From Nanobdellota archaeon (GTDB taxonomy: Archaea > Nanobdellota > Nanobdellia > Pacearchaeales > GW2011-AR1): a stretch of 64,000 bases of DNA. A program made the position numbers and the translations under genes. This document shows, piece after piece, positions 9,988 to 19,383 of the stretch (position 1 is the first letter of the stretch; every line of letters begins with the position of its first letter). Where the stretch lies: assembly GCA_049324275.1 (NCBI GenBank), contig JBMOLG010000010.1:147977-211976 (forward strand). Reading direction: 5' to 3'. The notes below the pieces were generated by a model. The model searched no databases. It had not been told where the DNA came from and saw only the letters and a list, made by a program, of their open reading frames with translations.

Positions 9988-10082
9988 TCACATTTTTAAG
10001 GAATATTCTTTTTGAATGATTATCTTTAGCAATCTATATCTGCATTTGAAGAAATTGTTTATTCTAAACAGTTAATTCTTAA

Positions 10083-11267
10083 TTAATTTGTATCAGACAT
10101 GAAACTTCTATGAGAATCTAATGTCATATAATCTTCTCGAAATTTTATCAATTCTTTTATACTGCGATTTGTCGGCTCTTTCCAATGAAGCGTTTCATAG
10201 AATGTTTTTATAAAGATTATTTTATCATCAACTCCTGACAAAAGATTATTTTTATAATTGAAAATCGCATCTTTTAAAGAAACTGAAAAAATATCTTTTT
10301 GAAGATTTCTAAAATCTTCCATGGATTTCTTATCGAGAGGATTTCTCAATATATTTTTATATTCTAAAGAGACTGGTTCATATAAATCCCTGCAATCTTC
10401 TGTATCTATTAAATACAAATTTTTTCCATCAAATATCTTGTCATCAAAATCAGTGAATCCAACCTTTCTGTAGCCTGCCAAACATAGATTTGCAAGCATT
10501 TCGGCATCCTGATGAATTATATCTTCTTTTTTTTGCAAGCATTTAGTTATAGATTTGCCTTCAACTTTTTCGACAAATAGATATTCTTCTGCGAGTGATT
10601 CGTAATATCCAATTATTTTTGGCAAATGTATATTGAAATCTATTAAATCTAAGGAAATATCCATTTCTTTTTTTGATGTAAACCTTTTCATTCTGGAAAG
10701 GTCTGTTAGTCTATAACGAGGCTTTTCATAAAAATATGAAAATTCGGTATATGCTCCTTTTGCAAAAACAGAAAACACTCTATCTTTATCAGCTAGACTA
10801 AATAAGTAGATTGGCCTTTTTGATTTTTTTAGCTTTCGCGCCTTTTGCTTGAAATTTTGAGGTAAAAATTCTTCAAAAGAAATATTATTCAACTCTTTAT
10901 TTATTCTCAATGTTGCAGTTGACTTTAGATGAACTTTGCTCCAATTATAAAATTCTTCCATCCCTTCGGGATAATCCAATTTTTTTATCCATAATCCCTT
11001 ATACTCCTTGGTATTTCCGCGATAAAGAAAAACTTTTTCTCCTAATTTTCTGAATTCAGGGTCTTTTAAATCCGGAAATATTCCCCCATTATGCATGATC
11101 AATGTTTCGTTTTCTAAAATCTGTTGGATAATATTCAGCTCTTCTATCCATTCAGAATAATTTTTTCCGATTTTTTTTAAAACATTCTTATCAAGATTTT
11201 CCTCTACAAAATGAAGCAAATCTTTATTGCTTGGCACTTTATGAATGTTGAATTCTAATTTTGTCAT
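10083..11267 (-). CDS. Hypothetical protein, possibly with a kinase-like fold
   Basis: 394-aa ORF. The segment 'GFTDFDDKIFDGKNLYLIDTEDC' weakly resembles the catalytic/DFG-like region of RIO/Kdo-type kinases. This is weak evidence. Confidence 0.45.
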   Translation of the reverse strand: MTKLEFNIHKVPSNKDLLHFVEENLDKNVLKKIGKNYSEWIEELNIIQQILENETLIMHNGGIFPDLKDPEFRKLGEKVFLYRGNTKEYKGLWIKKLDYPEGMEEFYNWSKVHLKSTATLRINKELNNISFEEFLPQNFKQKARKLKKSKRPIYLFSLADKDRVFSVFAKGAYTEFSYFYEKPRYRLTDLSRMKRFTSKKEMDISLDLIDFNIHLPKIIGYYESLAEEYLFVEKVEGKSITKCLQKKEDIIHQDAEMLANLCLAGYRKVGFTDFDDKIFDGKNLYLIDTEDCRDLYEPVSLEYKNILRNPLDKKSMEDFRNLQKDIFSVSLKDAIFNYKNNLLSGVDDKIIFIKTFYETLHWKEPTNRSIKELIKFREDYMTLDSHRSFMSDTN

Positions 11268-11331
11268 TTTAATTAATCAGAACTCTTTTTCCATAAGGCA
11301 GATATATAATTCTCTAATATTTTATAAGTTC

Positions 11332-13101
11332 TTATAGAAGTTCTGCTTTTATTCTTCTAACCCCTGCAGAAGAAGATTCTTCTTTTGTTATTTTAAATTT
11401 TCCAAGCTCTTTAGTATTTGAAACATGAGGGCCTGTACAAATCTCCTTTGAGAAATCTCCGATTGTATATACAGAAACAATCTCGCCATATTTTTTGTCA
11501 AAAGCCCCAGTTGCCCCTTGTTTCTTTGCTTCATGAGGTGACAATTCTTCTCTTATTATTGGGATTTGTTCTTTAATTTTTTGATTCACGAGGTTTTCAA
11601 TTTTCTTTAACTCCTCATCTGCAAGTTTCCTATTAAAATTAAAATCTAATCTTAACCGTTCGGAAGTAATGTTTGAGCCCATCTGATGTATTTCATTATT
11701 GTCCAAAATTTTTTTTATTGCAGACAATAATAAATGCGCTGCGGTATGCAACTTAGTTGTTGCTTCAGAGTTATCTGCCAATCCTGATTTAAACATTCCT
11801 GCTGACGCTGTTCTTGATAATTCTTTATGCTTTTCATATTCCTGTTCAAAATTTTTTTTATCTACATTTATTTTTTTCTCTTTTGCCAGCTCCTGTGTAA
11901 TCTCAATTGGAAAGCCATACGACTGAAAAAGCAGAAAGGCATCTTTGCCTGATATTGTCTTTTGTTCTTTAGATATTTTTTCGAACATGCTTATTCCATT
12001 TTCCAATGTTTGGTTAAATTTATTTTCTTCTTTTTCTAATTCCTCCAAAATTTTACATTTGTTTTTTTGAAGATGTTCATAATCATCATAAATTTCAAAA
12101 ATAGACTCTGCAACTCGCTTTGTAAAATTTTTCAAATTCAAATTTCTGCCAAGCCTTATAGTTCTTCTTAATAATCTTCGGGCTATGTAACCCTGTTCTG
12201 TATTGCTTGGTAAGATTCCATCTGAAATCATAAATATAGAAGCTTTTATATGATCTGCAATTATCCGCATTGTTTTTTCATTTCCATCATAAGATTTTCC
12301 AGATAGTTCTTCGATCTTTTTTATTATTGGTTGCCACACTTCTGTTAGATAATTATCTTCGAATCCATTTAAAACCGCAAGAGTTCTTTCCAAACCCATT
12401 CCTGTATCTATATTTTTTTGTTTTGCTTCAACATAATTTCCGTTTTTATCTTTGCTAAATTGCATTAAAACATCATTCCAAATCTCCACCCATTTTTTGT
12501 CTTCGGGATTAAATTTTTTTGGAACTGGAATTTCTTCGGATTTCCAATAAAACATTTCTGTTGAGGGTCCACATGGGCCAGTCTGTCCTGCCGGGCCCCA
12601 CCAATTATTAGACTGCTCAAGAACTCCTCCTTCAATAAATGCAATACGTTCTTTTTTAATTCCTAACGATTCCCAAATTTTTGCTGATTCATTATCTTTA
12701 TCCAAATTTAATTTTTTATCCCCTCCAAAACAGGTCACTGCCAATCTTTCAGTTGAAATCTGTAAAACTCTTGTTAAAAATTCAAATGAAAATTTTATTG
12801 CATCTTCTTTAAAATAATCTCCCAATGACCAATTTCCGAGCATTTCAAAAAAAGTATGATGGGTTGTGTCTCCTACTTCATAGATGTCTATTGTTCTAAT
12901 GCATTTTTGGACATTGGTCAATCTTTTTCCAAGCGGATGCTTTTGGCCTAGAAGAAATGGGACCAGAGGCTGCATGCCTGCTATTACAAAAAGAACAGTG
13001 GGATCATTTTCCGGCAACAAGGATTTATTAGGAATTTCTTTGTGGCCTTTTGATTTAAAAAATTCAATATACTTTTTGATGAGTTCTTTTCGCGTTATCA
13101 T
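11332..13101 (-). CDS. alaS: Alanyl-tRNA synthetase, bacterial-type, short form lacking the C-Ala domain
   Basis: N-terminus 'KYIEFFKSKGHKEIPNKSLLPENDPTVLFVIAGMQP...QKCIRTIDIYEVGDTTHHTFFEMLGNWSLGDYFK'. Editing-domain motifs 'HTAAHLL' and 'CTGPHV' are present. The protein ends at 'GVRRIKAELL' after 589 aa. Confidence 0.9.
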   Translation of the reverse strand: MITRKELIKKYIEFFKSKGHKEIPNKSLLPENDPTVLFVIAGMQPLVPFLLGQKHPLGKRLTNVQKCIRTIDIYEVGDTTHHTFFEMLGNWSLGDYFKEDAIKFSFEFLTRVLQISTERLAVTCFGGDKKLNLDKDNESAKIWESLGIKKERIAFIEGGVLEQSNNWWGPAGQTGPCGPSTEMFYWKSEEIPVPKKFNPEDKKWVEIWNDVLMQFSKDKNGNYVEAKQKNIDTGMGLERTLAVLNGFEDNYLTEVWQPIIKKIEELSGKSYDGNEKTMRIIADHIKASIFMISDGILPSNTEQGYIARRLLRRTIRLGRNLNLKNFTKRVAESIFEIYDDYEHLQKNKCKILEELEKEENKFNQTLENGISMFEKISKEQKTISGKDAFLLFQSYGFPIEITQELAKEKKINVDKKNFEQEYEKHKELSRTASAGMFKSGLADNSEATTKLHTAAHLLLSAIKKILDNNEIHQMGSNITSERLRLDFNFNRKLADEELKKIENLVNQKIKEQIPIIREELSPHEAKKQGATGAFDKKYGEIVSVYTIGDFSKEICTGPHVSNTKELGKFKITKEESSSAGVRRIKAELL

Positions 13102-13145
13102 GTTAAAACAAAAGAAAATGGGTTTTTAATATTTTTTAGACGGCC

Positions 13146-13913
13146 TCACTTTAATTCCAATTTAATTGTCCCATATTGTCCAAATTCTTCTTGTATCTTA
13201 TTTATGATTCTTTTATCTATCTGCTCACGACTTATAGCCCTTGATAGTATTGTGGTTGTATCGCTCATGTTCAAATACTTTATCCCTATTGATTCTATAA
13301 GTTCCTCCACACTTGTAGGATTTACATATTCGCGTTTTGTCAAACTTTGATAAATTTGAGAAAACATAAAATAACTTTCTTCTTCATAAATTGGTGTTTT
13401 TTCAAGCCTATTTGTGAGGGCGATTATTGCTAAAATATCAAAATTAGCTCCTTCATTTTTTGCTTTAATTAAACTGTTGATGCCTTTTAATAAAGAATGT
13501 CCTGTTGTTGTTACATCTTCTAAAACTATTGTTTTGCCACGAGGTTCGCCAATAAAATTTTTATCTTTTGCAGCGCCATATTTTTTAGACTCTTTTCTCA
13601 TCATTGGAATTACATGGCTTCCTTTGCAAAAATTTGCGGATCTTAATCCCAATTCGAAATTGCATAATATTCCTATTTTTGAAGCCCCTTCGGCAATTCC
13701 AATGTAACAATCCGGTTCAAAGTTATTGTCTTTTGTAAATTCAAAAATATGATTAATTAATTGAAGTGTCAAAAAAACATCATTGCAGATGTCTCTCCAA
13801 TTAACATAAAAATAGGATTTTCTTCCTGAAGCTAATACAAATGGCTCTTGAGAAAATCCGGCAACATGATGATTAAGTATAAAATCTTCAAAGTTCTCCT
13901 TTTTGAAGCTCAT
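13146..13913 (-). CDS. pyrE: Orotate phosphoribosyltransferase-like type I PRTase
   Basis: 'FVLASGRKSYFYVNWRD' matches the OPRT N-terminal motif and 'TIVLEDVTTTGHSL' is a PRPP-binding loop. The protein has a C-terminal extension relative to typical OPRTs. Confidence 0.6.
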   Translation of the reverse strand: MSFKKENFEDFILNHHVAGFSQEPFVLASGRKSYFYVNWRDICNDVFLTLQLINHIFEFTKDNNFEPDCYIGIAEGASKIGILCNFELGLRSANFCKGSHVIPMMRKESKKYGAAKDKNFIGEPRGKTIVLEDVTTTGHSLLKGINSLIKAKNEGANFDILAIIALTNRLEKTPIYEEESYFMFSQIYQSLTKREYVNPTSVEELIESIGIKYLNMSDTTTILSRAISREQIDKRIINKIQEEFGQYGTIKLELK

Positions 13914-13944
13914 CTTTTAGTTGAATTTTATATATTTAATTTTA

Positions 13945-14757
13945 TTAATAATGCAGAGGAAATTTAAATGTTTGTATATAATCTGAAATATTACATCCCA
14001 TTTTCTTTAAACTTACCTTTAATTCTTTTTTTATATTATAAAAGTCTCTTGAGATAAAATTTAATGCTTTGTCTTGATTTTCTTTATCTGTAGATTCAAT
14101 TAGTTCTTTTAAATAATTCAGCCCTTTCTTTCCATTTAACATTTTTTTAGTCCATTGTTTTCTATCTGCAAGGTATTCTAATAATATATTAAATTGTTCA
14201 GAACTTATTTTTTTTGTTTCAGCTAAATAACTTATAGATTCTTGATTCATTTGCAAAAAAGAATTACTAAAAATGTTTAAATTTTTTCCGATTTTTTCCC
14301 CTGTTTCCATATTGTCTATATAAAAAAATACTGCACCTAATTTTCCATTTTTTGATTTTATTAATGGAGCCCAATAATTCTCCATCATGAAACCATCTGA
14401 ATTCACATAAGATATATGAATGATTCTTTTTTGATTAAGGTCTGCACCCAATGTTTCTAAATTTTTATGAAGAATTGTATGAGGTTTTATCATTATTTTT
14501 GCTAGATTCATCGAGAATAACAAACTGCTTTCTTCACCTGTAATCACATCATATTCTGCATTTCTTATTTTAGATGATATAAATTTGGAAAAACTATAAA
14601 TAGATAATTCTATTGAAGTGCCATCTTTATGTATTGCATATGGATTTATTTTTAAAGGGGTTATTTGGCCCGAAGGGCAGATAAAAAAAGTATTGGATAT
14701 TTCAAATGCATCATTTTTGGCAAGCATTTCGAGATTCCTTTCTAAAATAGGATCCAT
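13945..14757 (-). CDS. Hypothetical protein, possibly a degenerate PRTase-like paralogue
   Basis: 'YDVITGEESSLLFSMNLA' and 'KRIIHISYVNSDGFMMENY' sit where a PRTase would have its flexible loop and PRPP loop. The acidic-TTG signature is lost. This is weak evidence. Confidence 0.4.
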   Translation of the reverse strand: MDPILERNLEMLAKNDAFEISNTFFICPSGQITPLKINPYAIHKDGTSIELSIYSFSKFISSKIRNAEYDVITGEESSLLFSMNLAKIMIKPHTILHKNLETLGADLNQKRIIHISYVNSDGFMMENYWAPLIKSKNGKLGAVFFYIDNMETGEKIGKNLNIFSNSFLQMNQESISYLAETKKISSEQFNILLEYLADRKQWTKKMLNGKKGLNYLKELIESTDKENQDKALNFISRDFYNIKKELKVSLKKMGCNISDYIQTFKFPLHY

Positions 14758-14865
14758 ATCAATTTAGCGCAATTTTTTATTTAAATTTATATATTAAACC
14801 TTCATCTTTAAAAAGTAATAAAAAATTAATTTTAAATTTAAATAATATCTTTTTTTAAACTTCTT

Positions 14866-16002
14866 ATGATTGATTCTCATGTTCATTGCAGGGATTGGAA
14901 TGAATCCTTAAAGGAAACTATTGGGAGAGCTTTAGATGTTGCAAAAGACTCTGGACTTAGCGCAATTTTTGATATGCCCAATACTAATCCTGTTTTAAGT
15001 TCTAGAGAATTAGCAGTAAAAAGATTGGAATCTGCAAGAAAGATTAATTCTCCACTTTTTTATGGTATATTTATAGCATTAACTCATAATGTTGAACAAG
15101 TTGAAGATGCTGTAAAAACATATAATGAATTCTTCCCTCAAGATTTTAAATCTAAACAAGGGGTCATTGGTCTGAAAGAATTCACAACGAATAATATTGA
15201 ATGCTTAAACATATCTAAAATTGAACAGCAGAAGGACATTTTTAGGTGGCTGGTTAAATTTGGGTTTGATGGGGTTTTGGCGAAACATTGTGAAAAGGCA
15301 TCGTTAATAAATCACAAAAAATATAACCCTGATTTTACTTTAACTCATTCTTATGCGAGACCTAAATTATGCGAAACTGAATCAATAAGAGATCAGATTC
15401 GTTTGGCTTTGGAAACAGGTTATGCTTTGAAGGGCGGGAAAGGGAAGTTACATATTTTGCATGTATCAACACCTACATCTGTTAACATTATAAAGGAAGC
15501 TAAAAAATATTTAAACATTAGTTGTGAAACGACCCCTCATTATCTTCTTCTAAACGAAGAAATTTTTGGCAATTCAGACCAGGATGGGGAAGAAAATGTC
15601 AAGAATGTTTATTTTAAAGTAAACCCCCCTTTAAGAGATAAAGATACTCAAGAAGAACTATTCGAAAAATTTAAAGAGGGTTTAATTGATACCCTTGCTA
15701 CAGATCATGCTCCGCATACAACAAGAGATAAATTTTATCATCACATGTCTGGAATTGCAAGCCTTGCATCATGGCAGGATTTTTTAATGATTTTCAAAAA
15801 ATTGAGAATTTCAAATCATCTTTTAGAAAATGTTACTCATGATAATGTTAATAAAATTTTTGGAACAAATATACCTAAATTAAATCTTGAAATAGCCTCA
15901 AGAGGGCATATTGCCCGGCATGGTTATTCATATGGAATTGACCCATTTGCACGGGTTAAGGTAAATCTCGGATTAAACAATAAGATTAATTATAAAAGTT
16001 AA
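14866..16002 (+). CDS. pyrC: Dihydroorotase-like amidohydrolase
   Basis: 'IDSHVHCRDW' matches dihydroorotase signature 1 and 'LATDHAPHT' matches signature 2. Confidence 0.8.
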   Translation: MIDSHVHCRDWNESLKETIGRALDVAKDSGLSAIFDMPNTNPVLSSRELAVKRLESARKINSPLFYGIFIALTHNVEQVEDAVKTYNEFFPQDFKSKQGVIGLKEFTTNNIECLNISKIEQQKDIFRWLVKFGFDGVLAKHCEKASLINHKKYNPDFTLTHSYARPKLCETESIRDQIRLALETGYALKGGKGKLHILHVSTPTSVNIIKEAKKYLNISCETTPHYLLLNEEIFGNSDQDGEENVKNVYFKVNPPLRDKDTQEELFEKFKEGLIDTLATDHAPHTTRDKFYHHMSGIASLASWQDFLMIFKKLRISNHLLENVTHDNVNKIFGTNIPKLNLEIASRGHIARHGYSYGIDPFARVKVNLGLNNKINYKS

Positions 16003-16031
16003 CATTCTAAAATTATATACTATCTAATTAT

Positions 16032-16412
16032 TTAATTTGCATTTAGCCTTTGCAATTTTTCCTGAATCTCTCTCAATTCTCTGTCAATCTCGAAATTTTC
16101 ATTATTCTCCTGATATTCGAGTTCTGAATATTCATCATTATCCTTTTTTTTAGATTTATTCTTTTGTCCAGAATCTTTGGGTATTTTGGGATTTGGCATA
16201 TTATTATCAAGGCTCTTTAAATCCTGCGAAACAGAAGCTAATAGTTCTGATAACTTTATCTTTAAACTATTTTTTTGGGCCCTTATTTTTTTGATTGAAT
16301 TTAGATGTTTGACGGAATCGAGCATATCAATTTGTGAATTTAAAAGTGCACATTTCCCGTTTTTATAGATTTCGTAATCTAATGAAAAATAGATTTCATC
16401 TTGTTTTTTCAT
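16032..16412 (-). CDS. Hypothetical coiled-coil protein
   Basis: 126-aa ORF with a K/E/N-rich helical C-terminus. Its start overlaps the stop of the upstream gene (ATGA at 16409-16412). Confidence 0.45.
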   Translation of the reverse strand: MKKQDEIYFSLDYEIYKNGKCALLNSQIDMLDSVKHLNSIKKIRAQKNSLKIKLSELLASVSQDLKSLDNNMPNPKIPKDSGQKNKSKKKDNDEYSELEYQENNENFEIDRELREIQEKLQRLNAN

Positions 16413-16978
16413 TTTATGTTTGCGAAGATATTGGAATCTACTTCAGAAAGCCTTGATTTGATTTTTTCTATATCTTCTGTCCATTCTAAAATTTCAGCAT
16501 CTTCCTTTATCTTTAATTCTTTCACTTTTTTAAGAACATTTTCTATTTCTTTCACTTTTTTATTAATTTCCTCAAAATTTTTTTTGGCCAAACTAAATTT
16601 ATCCATCCTTACAAAAATAGGTTCATTTGCAGTTAAAGAAGGCTTTAATGGTTTAACTTCAATTTGCCTTATTTCTAATGGTTTTGAAGGAGAATAATTG
16701 TTATTTATTCTTTGATCGGGAATCGCAGGGATTTTTTCCTCGAAGTTTTGGAAATTAAAATCCCTCGGTAATTCCTCTACATTCACCTCATTTTCCCCAG
16801 AATCATAGACTGCTGATTTAACTAATTCCTGATTTAAATTTTCTCCAGTACTATTTCGTGGAAGAGAAGGAAGATTGTTAGCATTCATTTTTGGAGGTTC
16901 AGGAAGATCTGGCAATTCCGGCAATTTTGTTATGCGCGGCAATTCTGGAATTTTCTCTTTTTTATCAAACCAACCCAT
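16409..16978 (-). CDS. Hypothetical protein: N-terminal 'MGWFDKK', Pro-rich linker, C-terminal coiled coil
   Basis: I chose the ATG at 16978 over the GTG at 16993 because a TATA-like box (16999-17008) ends exactly 20 nt upstream of it. The linker carries the repeat 'PELPRITKLPELPDLPEPP'. Confidence 0.5.
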   Translation of the reverse strand: MGWFDKKEKIPELPRITKLPELPDLPEPPKMNANNLPSLPRNSTGENLNQELVKSAVYDSGENEVNVEELPRDFNFQNFEEKIPAIPDQRINNNYSPSKPLEIRQIEVKPLKPSLTANEPIFVRMDKFSLAKKNFEEINKKVKEIENVLKKVKELKIKEDAEILEWTEDIEKIKSRLSEVDSNIFANIK

Positions 16979-17080
16979 ATACCTTAATTTCACATATTCT
17001 TTTTATAATTTTATTTTAATTACATAATGACATCAAATTAAAAACGAAAGGTATTTAAGATATTATTTTTTTTACATTCT

Positions 17081-17740
17081 ATGCAGATAAAACTTCTTGA
17101 ATCTTTAATTGAAGAAATAGCTGGGGCAAATTCAGAGCAAATTGTCAAAATTTTATTTAACAAAAAAGATGTTAACGAATTCTTAATTGCAAAAAAATTG
17201 AATCTGAATATAAACCAGATAAGGAACATTCTCTACAAATTATCTGCTCTTGGACTTGTTTCATTCACCAGAAAAAAGGACAAAAGAAAGGGCTGGTATA
17301 TTTATTATTGGACTTTAAACACAAAAAAATGCCTGATTAAACTTGAACAGAATTTAATGAAAAGAATTGAAGAATTGAATATTCAACTGCGAAATAGAGA
17401 AATGAAAAGATACTATCTATGTAAAAGCTGCAACATAGAAGTCAACGAAGATACTGCATTAGAACATGATTTTACATGCAATGAATGCCTAGAGGTTTAC
17501 GAATTATCAAGCAGTGAAGATAAAATAAGAGAGATAACTTCTAAGATAGTAAGAGTAAGCAGGGAGCTTAAAGTTATTCAAGATGAATTGAAAATTTTGA
17601 ATGATAAAGAAGCCAAGAAAACGAAAAAAGCTGAACAAAAATTAGATGCAGAAAAGAAAGAAAAAGCTGAACAGAAAAAGAAACAAAAGGCGGCCACCAA
17701 GAAGACTTCTAAAAATTTAAAGAAAACTTCTAAAAAATGA
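17081..17740 (+). CDS. tfe: Transcription factor E alpha (TFE/TFIIE-alpha homologue) with a Lys-rich tail
   Basis: Winged-helix N-terminus ('...LIAKKLNLNINQIRNILYKLSALGLVSFTRKKDKRKGWYIYYWTLN') and zinc ribbon 'CKSCN...CNEC'. A TATA-like box lies at 17052-17060, 20 nt before the ATG. Confidence 0.85.
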   Translation: MQIKLLESLIEEIAGANSEQIVKILFNKKDVNEFLIAKKLNLNINQIRNILYKLSALGLVSFTRKKDKRKGWYIYYWTLNTKKCLIKLEQNLMKRIEELNIQLRNREMKRYYLCKSCNIEVNEDTALEHDFTCNECLEVYELSSSEDKIREITSKIVRVSRELKVIQDELKILNDKEAKKTKKAEQKLDAEKKEKAEQKKKQKAATKKTSKNLKKTSKK

Positions 17741-18558
17741 AACTTTTCTCAACATACACTAATAAAATAATCCTTGTAAATGCTGCTTTATTTCTTGTAC
17801 TTAGAATTTTAATGACATTTTTCAATGCTGATAAAATAATTTATATTTTCGCTCTACAGCCTGCTTTGGTTCTCGCAGGTAAAAATCTATGGACAATTAT
17901 AACAAGCATGTTCTTCCACATTGAAGCGTGGCATGTGCTTGCTAATATGATCTCAGTGTTTTTTTTAGGCACTTTTATTGAAAGATTGATAGGAAAAAAG
18001 AGATTCTTATGGCTTTATTTGTTATCTGGAATTTTTGCTGGAATTTTTTATGCACTTCTTGCTTTCTTTTTTGGAAATAGCGTGATTGGAGCAAGAATTT
18101 TTGGTGACCCTTTGACTTATGCTTTGGGGGCCTCTGGTGCTATTTTCGGACTTTTGGGTTTGCTTGCAGTTTTAATTCCAGAAGGCAGAGTTTCCCTGAT
18201 AGCGGGCCCCCTTATTGCTTTAATCATCGGGATAATATTAGAGCTTAAATTTAGTTCAAGCGTATTTGTTACAATTTTTAATTTAGCCCTTATTTTATAT
18301 TCATTTTTTATTATTTATGCAATCTTTTCATTTGATTCATCCTTAAGAAAATATATAATTCCGATAGAAATGCCATTTTGGCTTCTTCCAATAGTGGCTA
18401 TAGCCCCTTTGATTATTATTGGAATTATTTTCCCATTGCCCATTGGCAATACGGCGCATCTTGGGGGATTGATAGTCGGGCTTTTCTATGGATTTTATTT
18501 AAAGAGTAAATACCCACGAAAAACTAAAATGATCTCACGATTTTTCTCAAAACAATAA
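17737..18558 (+). CDS. Rhomboid-family intramembrane serine protease
   Basis: Multi-TM protein with the catalytic 'GASGAIFGLLG' and 'AHLGGLIVG' motifs and 'WHVLANM'. Its start overlaps the tfe stop (ATGA). Confidence 0.85.
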   Translation: MKLFSTYTNKIILVNAALFLVLRILMTFFNADKIIYIFALQPALVLAGKNLWTIITSMFFHIEAWHVLANMISVFFLGTFIERLIGKKRFLWLYLLSGIFAGIFYALLAFFFGNSVIGARIFGDPLTYALGASGAIFGLLGLLAVLIPEGRVSLIAGPLIALIIGIILELKFSSSVFVTIFNLALILYSFFIIYAIFSFDSSLRKYIIPIEMPFWLLPIVAIAPLIIIGIIFPLPIGNTAHLGGLIVGLFYGFYLKSKYPRKTKMISRFFSKQ

Positions 18559-18588
18559 ATTTTTATTGTTAATACCCCTTTTTTTAAA

Positions 18589-19332
18589 ATGAAAAAAAAA
18601 TCTTCAAATAAAAAACATGAAACAATTTTTGGAAAAATTCTTTTGACATTAGGCTTAATTTTATTAATTTTAAGCTATACTTTAGCATCTTTTTACAATG
18701 GGCTTCTTTTATTAAAGATTTTTAGCTGGAGCATATTGTATATTGGGGTATTATCCATGTTCACAAATCAGGGGCATCCTTACAGGAAATCCTGGAAATT
18801 CATTAAAGATTCTAAAAATTACATATGGGCTTCGATTGTGCTGTTCATCATTTTTATTGCAATAGGCTTTATTTTCCCTGTTTTTTTTAGAGAAGAAATT
18901 TTTAATTTTATAAAAAGCTTGGATATGCAAATTTCAAATTTAGGACTGTTAGAAGTCATTTGGTTTATCTTTACCAACAATCTTAAAACAAGTTTCTTTT
19001 CAATAGTTTTGGGGCTAATGCTTGGAGTTTTTCCGATAGTAACTGCAATAATCAATGGTTATCTAATAGGATTCGTTTCAAGACAGGTAACAGCAGAGGC
19101 AGGATTATTGGTGTTATGGAGGCTATTTCCTCATGGAATTTTTGAACTTCCTGCTGTTATAATTTCGATTGGGATGGGGATAAGGTTAGGATTTATATTA
19201 ATATGGCCAAAGAAAAACAAAAAATTTAAGGATGAAATTCTTGATGCTATCAGAACTTTTGTCTTTGTTATATTGCCCGCCTTGGTGATTGCAGGAATTA
19301 TTGAAGGAATTCTCGTTTTCTTTTTGAAATAA
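18589..19332 (+). CDS. SpoIIM-like (stage II sporulation protein M family) membrane protein
   Basis: Polytopic membrane protein with 'LFPHGIFELPAVIISIGMG', which is typical of the SpoIIM/DUF95 family. Confidence 0.6.
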   Translation: MKKKSSNKKHETIFGKILLTLGLILLILSYTLASFYNGLLLLKIFSWSILYIGVLSMFTNQGHPYRKSWKFIKDSKNYIWASIVLFIIFIAIGFIFPVFFREEIFNFIKSLDMQISNLGLLEVIWFIFTNNLKTSFFSIVLGLMLGVFPIVTAIINGYLIGFVSRQVTAEAGLLVLWRLFPHGIFELPAVIISIGMGIRLGFILIWPKKNKKFKDEILDAIRTFVFVILPALVIAGIIEGILVFFLK

Positions 19333-19383
19333 AAATTCCTAAAAAATAAAATTTAAATATAAGTAATTTGTATAATTAAAAAG

